DNA from: Parolsenella sp. | Lineage (GTDB): Bacteria > Bacillota > Clostridia > Lachnospirales > Lachnospiraceae | Direction: 5' to 3' | DNA length: 64,000 bases | Assembly: GCA_963659875.1 (NCBI GenBank) | Contig: CAVKVA010000008.1 | Location: 37,793-101,792, forward strand | Part shown: positions 29,804 through 37,692 of the stretch, piece by piece | How the letters are laid out: every line of letters begins with the position of its first letter | Numbering within the stretch: position 1 is the stretch's first letter | Notes under the pieces: generated by a model | The model's input: only the letters and a program-made list of their open reading frames with translations | What the model was told of the DNA's origin: nothing | The model's database searches: none | Position numbers and translations under genes: made by a program

Positions 29804-29920
29804 ATGAGCGAAAATTTAGTGCTTGCCCTCAATATGATGTGGCAGGGAATGGCAGGTCTCTTCGTGGTTATGATCGTCATCGCGCTGATCGTGGTGGGTC
29901 TCACGAAGTTGGGAAAGTAA
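29804..29920 (+). CDS. small single-TM protein, OadG-like decarboxylase gamma subunit
   Basis: 38 aa (MSENLVLALNMMWQGMAGLFVVMIVIALIVVGLTKLGK), beginning 13 nt after oadB. The call rests on position and shape only. Confidence 0.5.
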   Translation: MSENLVLALNMMWQGMAGLFVVMIVIALIVVGLTKLGK

Positions 29921-29938
29921 GTTAATAAGGAGGAGAGT

Positions 29939-31273
29939 ATGTCAACAACTGTATTGGCTCTTTTGGGTATTGCCATGGTCGTGGTATTCATGGCACTGAT
30001 CATGATGAAAAAGCTGAGCCCCTTCACCTCGATGATCATTATCCCGGTGATTTTCGGTATCCTGGCGGGCTACGGCGTAGCGGGTACACTGTCCTGCGCA
30101 ATGGCAGGCATCAAGAGCGTGGCGTCCACATTTGCCATGATGACTTTCGCAATTCTGTATTTCGGTATCATGCTGACAGCCGGTATGTTTGATCCGATGG
30201 TGGATCGCGTCGTAAAGTGGGTAAAGGGTGACCCGCTGAAGGTGCTGGTGGGTACCGCGGTTCTGGCGGCTTTCGTGTCCCTGGACGGTGACGGCACCAC
30301 AACCGTAATGATCTGCTGTACCGCATTGATCCCCATCTACAATCGTCTGGGCATCAAGAAGATTTATCTGGCAACGCTGATCATTCTGGAAAACTGTATC
30401 ATGAACCTCATTCCCTGGGGCGGCCCCACAGCGCGTGTTATGTCTGTGATGCAGCTGGATGCCAACCAGATTCTGCCGCCGCTGGTGCCGGGCATGGTGC
30501 TTTCTGCTATTTACGCCATCGGTGTCGGCGCTTACCTCGGCATGAAGGAGAGAAAGCGTCTCGGTGTTATTAATATAGAAGAAAAAGCCATGAAGGTGGA
30601 GCTTTCCGAGGAGGAAAAGGCCTGGAAGAACCCCAATAAGGTATGGATCAACCTGATTCTCACGGTGGCCATCGTTGTGCTTCTGATCATGGGCTTCGCA
30701 TCCTCTGCCATCCTCTTCGGTGTGGGTGTGGCCATCGCTCTGGTGGTGAACTATCCCAGCACAAAGGTGCAGAGAAATGTCATCAGCTCCCTGGCACCGG
30801 ATATGATCAACGTGGTTATGATGGTACTGGGTGCCGGCGTCCTGATGGGCATCCTGAATGGTCCGGCCAATGCTGACGGCGAGTACGTTGCCGGTATGTC
30901 CAATGCCATCGCGACGCTGCTGACCACCATGATCCCCAGCTCTCTGGGACGTTACTTCGGCCTCTTCATCGCCATCCTCAGTGCACCGGGCACATACCTT
31001 CTGAACAACGATGCCTTCTACTTCGGTGTGCTGCCGCCCCTGGCTGCAACAGCGGAGGCTTACGGCTTCACCACACTGCAGATCGGTGTGGCATCTCTGA
31101 TGGGACAGGCTTTCCATTTCCTGAGCCCGCTGGTGCCGTTCATCTATCTCCTGATGGATCAGACGGAGATCACACTGGCAGAGTACCAGGGCTACATTTT
31201 CCGCTGGTGTCTCGGTATCTTTGTGATCTTCATGCTTTGCGGCATCGGCCTTGGCTATGTGCCGATCCTGTAA
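29939..31273 (+). CDS. CitMHS family citrate / organic anion transporter
   Basis: 444 aa polytopic protein with a CitM/CitH-like N-terminus (LALLGIAMVVVFMALIM) and the RBS AAGGAGG. Confidence 0.75.
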   Translation: MSTTVLALLGIAMVVVFMALIMMKKLSPFTSMIIIPVIFGILAGYGVAGTLSCAMAGIKSVASTFAMMTFAILYFGIMLTAGMFDPMVDRVVKWVKGDPLKVLVGTAVLAAFVSLDGDGTTTVMICCTALIPIYNRLGIKKIYLATLIILENCIMNLIPWGGPTARVMSVMQLDANQILPPLVPGMVLSAIYAIGVGAYLGMKERKRLGVINIEEKAMKVELSEEEKAWKNPNKVWINLILTVAIVVLLIMGFASSAILFGVGVAIALVVNYPSTKVQRNVISSLAPDMINVVMMVLGAGVLMGILNGPANADGEYVAGMSNAIATLLTTMIPSSLGRYFGLFIAILSAPGTYLLNNDAFYFGVLPPLAATAEAYGFTTLQIGVASLMGQAFHFLSPLVPFIYLLMDQTEITLAEYQGYIFRWCLGIFVIFMLCGIGLGYVPIL

Positions 31274-31305
31274 TGATTTAGAGAAGTGGCACTGACCACA
31301 TTTTC

Positions 31306-31498
31306 GTCCACTATCGTGTGTCAAAGCCGATAGTGGACTCCCGGAGCCGGTCCCCCTAACCGGTCTCTGGAAACCCCTAACGGGCGCGAAGCGTCTGTTT
31401 ATCCCCCTTAACAGAGGTCTTCAAGCCCTGTCGAACGGGCACGAAAGTGCTCGTCTGATGCCCCCGGAGTGACTCCCCAAAGTCCTCCGGGGATTTTT
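31306..31498 (+). ncRNA. candidate C-rich small RNA or structured 3' UTR ending in a terminator
   Basis: A perfect 11-bp hairpin joins 31306-31316 and 31328-31338. Three CCCC(C)U(U)AAC motifs lie at 31352, 31374 and 31403, the first in the loop of CCGG/CCGG. The terminator is CCCCGGAG/CTCCGGGG plus ATTTTT at 31462-31498. Confidence 0.3.
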
Positions 31499-31719
31499 AA
31501 TAAAATGATTTGAAACATAATGAAATATAATGTTTCGAAATTCTGAAATTCGCGAAACTGTACAAAAAGAGGTGCATTTTTGGCGCTTTTGCGGATAGCG
31601 AAGGAAGACGGAAAAGAATAAGCTATGGGCACAGGTTGAGAGAGACCTGAGAACAGAAACAACTCCCCGGAAGAAGCCGGGACAAGCAAAGTTTTCATTT
31701 GCAGAAAGTGAGGATTTAT

Positions 31720-32616
31720 ATGAAGGTAGGTTTTGTCGGACTTGGTATCATGGGTCGCCCGATGGCAAAGAATCTGGTGAAGGCCGGACATGAGGTTACC
31801 GTTTTTGATTTCAACAAGGATGCTGTAGCAGATCTGGTTTCCTGCGGTGCACAGGCTGCAGAGTCCGGAAAGGCAGTTGCTGAGGCTGCTCCCGTTGTGA
31901 TTACCATGGTTCCGAACTCCCCCAACGTTCGCGCTGCTGTATTCGGTGAGAATGGTCTGGCAGAGGGCATGAAGAACGGTGAGTCTGTTCTTATTGATAT
32001 GTCTTCCATCGATCCGGTTGAGTCCAAGAAGATCGCAGCTGATCTCGAGAAGATCGGCGTAGACATGCTGGATGCTCCGGTTTCCGGCGGAGAGCCCAAG
32101 GCCATCGACGGCACCATTTCTGTTATGGTAGGCGGTAAGAAGGAGACCTTCGACAAGTACTATGATCTTCTGATGGCTATGGCTGGTTCTGTGGTATACG
32201 TTGGACCCATCGGTTCCGGAAACGTTGCAAAGCTTGCCAACCAGATGGTTGTGGCAGCCAACATTGGCATCGTAGCTGAGGCACTTACCTTCGCAAAGAA
32301 GGCCGGCACAGATCCTGAACTTGTATATCAGGCCATCAGAGGCGGTCTGGCTGGTTCCACCGTTATGGACGCTAAGGCACCGATGATGCTTTCCGGCAAC
32401 TACAAGCCCGGCTTCAGAATTGATCTGCACATCAAGGATCTCACCAATGCGCTGAACGCTGCACATGCCATCAACATGCCGGTTCCCATGACCGCACAGA
32501 TGATGGAGGTTATGCAGGAGCTGAAGAACCACGGCGAGGGTTCCTGCGATCACGACGATATCGTGAAGTACTATGAGAGAATGACCGGTGTTTCCATTGT
32601 AAAGGACCAGAAGTGA
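31720..32616 (+). CDS. garR: 2-hydroxy-3-oxopropionate (tartronate semialdehyde) reductase / 3-hydroxyisobutyrate dehydrogenase family
   Basis: MKVGFVGLGIMGRPMAKNL is a Rossmann N-terminus, and the length and motifs fit the beta-hydroxyacid dehydrogenase family. ATG 31720 follows an RBS. Confidence 0.8.
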   Translation: MKVGFVGLGIMGRPMAKNLVKAGHEVTVFDFNKDAVADLVSCGAQAAESGKAVAEAAPVVITMVPNSPNVRAAVFGENGLAEGMKNGESVLIDMSSIDPVESKKIAADLEKIGVDMLDAPVSGGEPKAIDGTISVMVGGKKETFDKYYDLLMAMAGSVVYVGPIGSGNVAKLANQMVVAANIGIVAEALTFAKKAGTDPELVYQAIRGGLAGSTVMDAKAPMMLSGNYKPGFRIDLHIKDLTNALNAAHAINMPVPMTAQMMEVMQELKNHGEGSCDHDDIVKYYERMTGVSIVKDQK

Positions 32617-33515
32617 TGAATACAGATTTTATCAAGGGTGTTGTGGTTCCGATCATTACCGTAATTGATCAGGACGAGAAAATCGACGAAGCCGGCATGC
32701 GGAAGCAGGTAGATTTCGTCATCAACGGCGGCATGCAGGGCATTCTGGCTTTCGGCTCCAACGGTGAGTTCTATCAGCTGGAAGAGGATGAGATGGAGAG
32801 AGGTCTCCGGATCATGGTGGACCAGGCTGCCGGACGGGTACCGGTTTACTTCGGTATCGGTGCCATCAATACCAAGAAGTGCGTACGTCTTGCCAAGATG
32901 GCAGTGGCCAACGGTGCATCCTGCGTTTCCATTCTGCAGCCCATGTTCCTGAAGCCGACGACAGAGGAGCTCTATCTGCACTTCAAGACCATTGCAGATG
33001 CCATTCCGGAGACACCGGTGCTGCTGTACAATAACCCGGGTCGTGTGGGCTACGGACTGTCTGCAGATCTGGTGGACAGACTGGCGCATGAGGTGCCGAA
33101 CATCGTTGGTATGAAGGATACCTCCGGTGATATTACCCTTACCGAGGAGTGCGTGAGAAGAAACCGCGATGTAAACTTCAAGGTTTTCGGCGGCAAGGAT
33201 ACGCTGCTTTATGCTTCTCTCTGCGTGGGCGCCGTAGGCGGTGTCTGCACAGCCGGCAACTTCATGCCGGAGTTGATCGGTGATGTATACCAGAAGTTTG
33301 TGGCTGGTGATCTTCAGGGCTCCCTGGAGGCACAGTTCAAGCTGAATCCGGTAAGACTGTCCATGGACGGCGCTTCATTCCCCGTAGCCGCCAAGGACAT
33401 GGCAAACCTTCGCGGACAGAATGTCGGTGCCCCCTATCTGCCGAACCTTCTGACCAAGGAAGGACCGGTGCTGGACAAGATCAAGAGCGCTATGCAGACA
33501 GCTGGGTTGATCTAA
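32616..33515 (+). CDS. DapA/NAL family class I aldolase or dehydratase (specificity unknown)
   Basis: About 299 aa. GILAFGSNGEFYQL and the MKDTSGD Schiff-base lysine region are typical of the dihydrodipicolinate synthase family. The start overlaps the garR stop. Confidence 0.8.
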   Translation: MNTDFIKGVVVPIITVIDQDEKIDEAGMRKQVDFVINGGMQGILAFGSNGEFYQLEEDEMERGLRIMVDQAAGRVPVYFGIGAINTKKCVRLAKMAVANGASCVSILQPMFLKPTTEELYLHFKTIADAIPETPVLLYNNPGRVGYGLSADLVDRLAHEVPNIVGMKDTSGDITLTEECVRRNRDVNFKVFGGKDTLLYASLCVGAVGGVCTAGNFMPELIGDVYQKFVAGDLQGSLEAQFKLNPVRLSMDGASFPVAAKDMANLRGQNVGAPYLPNLLTKEGPVLDKIKSAMQTAGLI

Positions 33516-33658
33516 TATCACGTGGGCACCCTGCCAGCCTAGCTGTCGCTGAGCCCTACAGGGTAGGCTTTGCTATCACAAAGCCCTTTTTACGCTCGCC
33601 GCTAAGGCATCACGTGGGCACCCCGCCAGCCTAGCTGTCGCTGAGCCCACGTGATATA
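33515..33658. repeat. 144-bp MITE-like / structured intergenic element
   Basis: Perfect 13-bp terminal inverted repeats are ATATCACGTGGGC and GCCCACGTGATAT. A 40-nt direct repeat (ATCACGTGGGCACCC[T/C]GCCAGCCTAGCTGTCGCTGAGCCC) occurs at 33517-33556 and 33609-33648. These flank a terminator-like hairpin GGCTTTG/CAAAGCC. Confidence 0.55.
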
Positions 33659-33688
33659 TACTGGGGTGTCGGCAGAGATACCCCGGAA

Positions 33689-33733
33689 TAAAAAAGGAGT
33701 GGAGAAGAGGTCAGGCTTCTCCACTCCTTTTTT
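33689..33733. terminator. bidirectional rho-independent terminator
   Basis: AAAAAA, then GGAGTGGAGAAG-aggtcagg-CTTCTCCACTCC, then TTTTTTT. Confidence 0.65.
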
Positions 33734-33799
33734 TACTTGGGCTTTCGTGTACATCAGTGTACAATGTAGGGAAACCATTACAGAAATAGAGGAATCCCC

Positions 33800-35311
33800 A
33801 TGTCAAAAATCGCTCTTTTGGTGCCCAATGAGGAAATGTTCCGGCAGACCCATGACGTGCTGCAGGAGCTGAAGTACCGGTTGGACATCATGAAGGTCAT
33901 TGAAACTGAAAATGCCGTGACCGAGGCCCGGCAAGCCATCAATCAGGGTGCCGACATTATCATTGCAAGAGGTCTCCAGGCCACAATCATCAAACAGTAT
34001 ACAGATATCCCGGTGGTCGAGATCGTGCTGACGCCCCAGACCGTCATGGATATGCTGGAGCGCGCGAAGCGGATCCTGCGGAAATCGTCCCCGAATATCG
34101 CGCTGGTGATGTTCAAGAACATGGCCTGTGACATGACGGGCCTGGCGGAAAAATGCGGCGTGCAACTGCGGGAATATTTCGTGCAGAACCCGGAACTGTT
34201 GCACGCTTCAGCGGTGCAGGCGGTGGAGGACCGGGCGGACCTCATCATCGGCGGCGCCACGGTGCTGAAGGTGGCGGACGAGGCGGGAATTCCCTCCCTG
34301 TTCCTGGCCAATACGGAGGACGCCATCGCGCTGGCTATCCAGGAGGCGCGGAAGCTGGGGGAAACTCTGGAAAATGGTGTGCAGCATCCGGAGCCGCGGC
34401 AGGGCGAGAGGGCGGCCAGCTTCGTGAACTTCCCCTACGAGAGCAGGAAAATGCAGGCGGCCCTGACGCTGGCGGAAACGCTTTCGGGAACGGACTGTCC
34501 GAAACTTATCATCGAGCCGGTGGGCACCCTCTACCATGCCGTGGCCCACGCCATCCATACCCATTCCCGTTACTCTCATGAGAAGATCATTACCCACGAC
34601 TGTGTGGCGGGGGAGGACGCCTATGAGCTTCTCTTCGGACGGAACGGCCGGATTCCCAGCGCCGGAAAGGGCACTGTCCAGATCAATTTCATCGAAAACC
34701 TGGATTTCCGTTCCCAGAAAAAGCTGTTGGAAATTTTCATGTTTCGGAACGTTGTTGCCGTAGCGAAAACCAGAGATCTGCAGGACCGTCTTCTGCCGGA
34801 ACTCTATGAACGGCTGCGGCCCTTCGCCATCGAAATTCCCACATTGGACGAAACACCGGAGGATATCCCTCTTCTGGTGCGGGACTATGTTACCATGCTG
34901 ACGGAGCGCTACGGTCGTTTCCATGTGCTGAGCAAGGAAGCGGAGCAGCTGCTGCCGAAGCTTCGCTGGCCGGGCAACCGGATACAGCTGGAGAGTTTTC
35001 TGGAGCGCCTGATCCTTTGTGCGCCGAGACGCAGCATCGGTGCGGAGGAAATTCGTACATTGTATACAGAACTGTATGGGGAAAAGAAGGGAACAGAGGC
35101 CCGCAATACGATGCCGGACCGGCAGCCTATGCCAATGGCTTCGGCGGATCCTGCCTGGCGCAGCGATACGGAGGAACTGGCGCAGCTGGAGCGAGAGCAG
35201 CTGGTGCAGAGCCTGGCCCGGAATTTCGGCAACCGGAGCAAGACCGCGGAGGAGCTGGGCATCAGCAAGACCACACTGTGGCGGAAGCTGAAGCAGTACA
35301 AAATATCCTAG
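33800..35311 (+). CDS. PrpR-N-domain transcriptional regulator with degenerate sigma-54-type AAA+ core and Fis-type HTH
   Basis: The N-terminus is PrpR-like (IALLVPNEEM...IIIARGLQATIIKQY.DIPVVEI). The central region aligns by eye to the EBP core, but the Walker A reads EPVGTLYH, the Walker B reads FIENLD, and no GAFTGA is present. The C-terminal HTH is NRSKTAEELGISKTTLWRKLKQY. Confidence 0.7.
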   Translation: MSKIALLVPNEEMFRQTHDVLQELKYRLDIMKVIETENAVTEARQAINQGADIIIARGLQATIIKQYTDIPVVEIVLTPQTVMDMLERAKRILRKSSPNIALVMFKNMACDMTGLAEKCGVQLREYFVQNPELLHASAVQAVEDRADLIIGGATVLKVADEAGIPSLFLANTEDAIALAIQEARKLGETLENGVQHPEPRQGERAASFVNFPYESRKMQAALTLAETLSGTDCPKLIIEPVGTLYHAVAHAIHTHSRYSHEKIITHDCVAGEDAYELLFGRNGRIPSAGKGTVQINFIENLDFRSQKKLLEIFMFRNVVAVAKTRDLQDRLLPELYERLRPFAIEIPTLDETPEDIPLLVRDYVTMLTERYGRFHVLSKEAEQLLPKLRWPGNRIQLESFLERLILCAPRRSIGAEEIRTLYTELYGEKKGTEARNTMPDRQPMPMASADPAWRSDTEELAQLEREQLVQSLARNFGNRSKTAEELGISKTTLWRKLKQYKIS

Positions 35312-35323
35312 TACAAATCGTAA

Positions 35324-35356
35324 GAAAGGCCTTGCTTGTCGCAAGGCCTTCTTTTG
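35324..35356. terminator. stem-loop between convergent regulator and ECF-S genes
   Basis: GAAAGGCCTTGC-ttgtc-GCAAGGCCTTC, then TTTTG. Confidence 0.55.
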
Positions 35357-35381
35357 TGGCTTCATTTCTGGCTTGTGAATA

Positions 35382-35966
35382 TTAAGCAGTCTTCACACTC
35401 AGATTCTGCTTCCGCAGCACCGGATACAGGGCCATGTAGATCACCGTGGCGATGATGGTGGAAGCCACGGCATTGATGGAAGAAGCCGCGATATTGTAGG
35501 TGAGGGTCACCTCGGCTGCCGGCTTTCCGACGATTACAATTTTATAGAAGTAACCCACCAGAGGATCGAAGATGGCATTGAAGAGCAGTCCGGCGATGGC
35601 AGCGGCCAACACATAGCGGAAGATATGGCTTCGGTCGGTGCTTTCATCGATATGTCCCAGCTTGTGGGCTACAAAGCCGCTGATGAGACCGATGCAGAGC
35701 TTCAGCACGAAGGTCTTCGGTGCATAGATGATGTATACCGGATCCAGCAGGTCGCCGATGGTCATGCCGATGGAGCCTGCGATACCGCCCAGCGGACCGC
35801 CCAGGATCAGCGCACCCAGCACCACCACCGCATTGCCGAAGTGGATGGAGGTGGCATCGCCGCCCGGCAGGAAGATCTTGAACTGCAGGAAGGTGAAGAC
35901 CACATAGGAGAGGGCGGCAAAGAGTGCGCCCAGGGAAAGTTTGTAGGTATTGTTTTTCATAATCAT
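35382..35966 (-). CDS. ECF transporter S component (substrate unknown)
   Basis: 194 aa with 5-6 TM segments and a G-rich TM (GALILGGPLGGIAGSIGMTIGDLL), typical of ECF S units. No EcfAAT genes are adjacent. Confidence 0.55.
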   Translation of the reverse strand: MIMKNNTYKLSLGALFAALSYVVFTFLQFKIFLPGGDATSIHFGNAVVVLGALILGGPLGGIAGSIGMTIGDLLDPVYIIYAPKTFVLKLCIGLISGFVAHKLGHIDESTDRSHIFRYVLAAAIAGLLFNAIFDPLVGYFYKIVIVGKPAAEVTLTYNIAASSINAVASTIIATVIYMALYPVLRKQNLSVKTA

Positions 35967-36246
35967 TGCCTCCTTTTGCCCGGCGCGTCCGGCCCGGCTT
36001 TTCGTTTAGAAGGCATTATAATCATCTGCTGATGCTATGGGAATTACCAGAAATGGAATAAAATATAAGACCAGATGGGTCCCCGACAGCCAAGCCACAG
36101 GATAACATATAGAACGAACTTATAACCAAATCAAAAATTCAGGTATTAGACGAGTATTATGGAGCATGGTAGTATGTACCCATCACAAAGAAATGACGCA
36201 CCGCTGAAGCGGCGGGGCTCAGTATAAAACTTGGGAGGATAAGACA

Positions 36247-37560
36247 ATGGCAAAGAAAACATATGCAGAGAGAAACCTGGGATTTGACACAAAGGCCCTT
36301 CATGTAGGACAGGAGAAGCCGGATCCGGCAACAGGTGCAAGAGCGGTTCCCATTTACCAGACTTCTTCCTTCGTCTTCAACAATTCCGATCATGCAGAGG
36401 CGAGATTTGCGCTGAAGGATGCCGGAAACATTTACGGAAGACTCACCAACCCCACAGTGGATGTGCTGGAGCAGAGAGTGACCGCACTGGAGGGCGGCGC
36501 CGCAGCCGTGGCTGTCAGCTCCGGTGCTGCAGCCGTAACCTACGCTTTCAAAGCAGTGGCCCATGCCGGTGACCACATTGTATCGGCCAAGAACATCTAC
36601 GGTGGTACTTATAACTTCCTGGCACACACCTTCCCGGATGCCGGTGTAACCACCACCTTTGTGGAGCCCACAGATCTGGCCGGTGCCGAGGCAGCCATCC
36701 AGCCCAACACCAAGGCGCTCTACATCGAGACCCTGGGCAACCCCAACAGTGAGGTTGTAGACATTGCCGCATGGGCAGACCTGGCACATAAGAATGGCCT
36801 TCCGCTCATCATCGACAACACCTTCGCTACCCCGTATCTGGTAAGACCCATTGAGTACGGCGCAGACATCGTGGTACATTCCGCAACCAAGTTCATCGGC
36901 GGACACGGCACAACCCTGGGCGGCATCATCGTGGATGCAGGCAAGTTTGACTGGGCTTCCAAGGGAGACAAGTGGCCCTGGCTGGTGGAGCCGAATGCTT
37001 CCTACCACGGCGTAAGCTTCGCAAAGGACACAGCGCCGGCCGTTATCGCCACCTACATCCGTGCCATCGTGCTTCGTGATGAAGGTGCCTGCCTCGCACC
37101 GCTTAACGCATGGCTCCTTCTGCAGGGCCTGGAGACATTGGCACTCCGTGTCGAGAGACATGTTTCCAATGCACTGGCTGTGGTAGAGTATCTGTCCAAG
37201 CATCCGCAGGTAGAGTCTGTTTCTCACCCGGCAGTGACCCAGGATGCGGCCCAGAAGGCACTCTACGAGAAGTACCTGCCGAATGGCGGCGGTTCCATCT
37301 TCACCTTCAACATCAAGGGTGACGAGAGAAAGGCCAAGGATTTCATCGATAACCTCGAGCTCTTCTCCCTCCTGGCCAATGTTGCCGACGTGAAGTCTCT
37401 GGCTATCCACCCGGCTTCCACGACCCACTCCGAGTGCAACGAGGCAGAGCTGATCGACCAGAACATTCAGAGAAACACCATCCGTCTTTCCATCGGTGTG
37501 GAGAACATTGCCGACATTATTGAGGACCTCGACGAGGCATTCAAGGCCGTTGCTGAATAA
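36247..37560 (+). CDS. metY: O-acetylhomoserine sulfhydrylase (aminocarboxypropyltransferase)
   Basis: 437 aa. The Cys/Met-metabolism PLP fold is indicated by RLTNPT, the PLP lysine region HSATKFIGGHGT, and the C-terminal IRLSIGVEN. Confidence 0.9.
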   Translation: MAKKTYAERNLGFDTKALHVGQEKPDPATGARAVPIYQTSSFVFNNSDHAEARFALKDAGNIYGRLTNPTVDVLEQRVTALEGGAAAVAVSSGAAAVTYAFKAVAHAGDHIVSAKNIYGGTYNFLAHTFPDAGVTTTFVEPTDLAGAEAAIQPNTKALYIETLGNPNSEVVDIAAWADLAHKNGLPLIIDNTFATPYLVRPIEYGADIVVHSATKFIGGHGTTLGGIIVDAGKFDWASKGDKWPWLVEPNASYHGVSFAKDTAPAVIATYIRAIVLRDEGACLAPLNAWLLLQGLETLALRVERHVSNALAVVEYLSKHPQVESVSHPAVTQDAAQKALYEKYLPNGGGSIFTFNIKGDERKAKDFIDNLELFSLLANVADVKSLAIHPASTTHSECNEAELIDQNIQRNTIRLSIGVENIADIIEDLDEAFKAVAE

Positions 37561-37692
37561 AAAATTCGTAATATTTATCCTCCATAGGGGGCTGTCGCAG
37601 CTGCGGCGGCCCCCTTTTCTCTTGCTTGACATTATGCCGGAAAAACCGGATGATATTAAAGATATTTACGTGATGACAAAGAGGTGGGAACA

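Noticed and set aside
31581-31593. Sigma-54-like promoter TGGCGC-TTTTGC upstream of garR.
   Set aside because: The GG-to-GC spacing is about 9 nt instead of the required 12. It does not fit the -24/-12 geometry.
33517-33648. A 40-nt direct repeat as a mini CRISPR array.
   Set aside because: There are only two copies, a 52-nt spacer containing a terminator hairpin, terminal inverted repeats, and no cas genes. It is not CRISPR-like.
35967-36246. A riboswitch or T-box in the divergent region between the ECF S-component gene and metY.
   Set aside because: I looked on both strands for S-box, SAM-II/III, T-box specifier/T-loop, preQ1, THF, TPP and FMN signatures and recognised none. Only small generic hairpins are present. 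A covariance-model scan would be needed.
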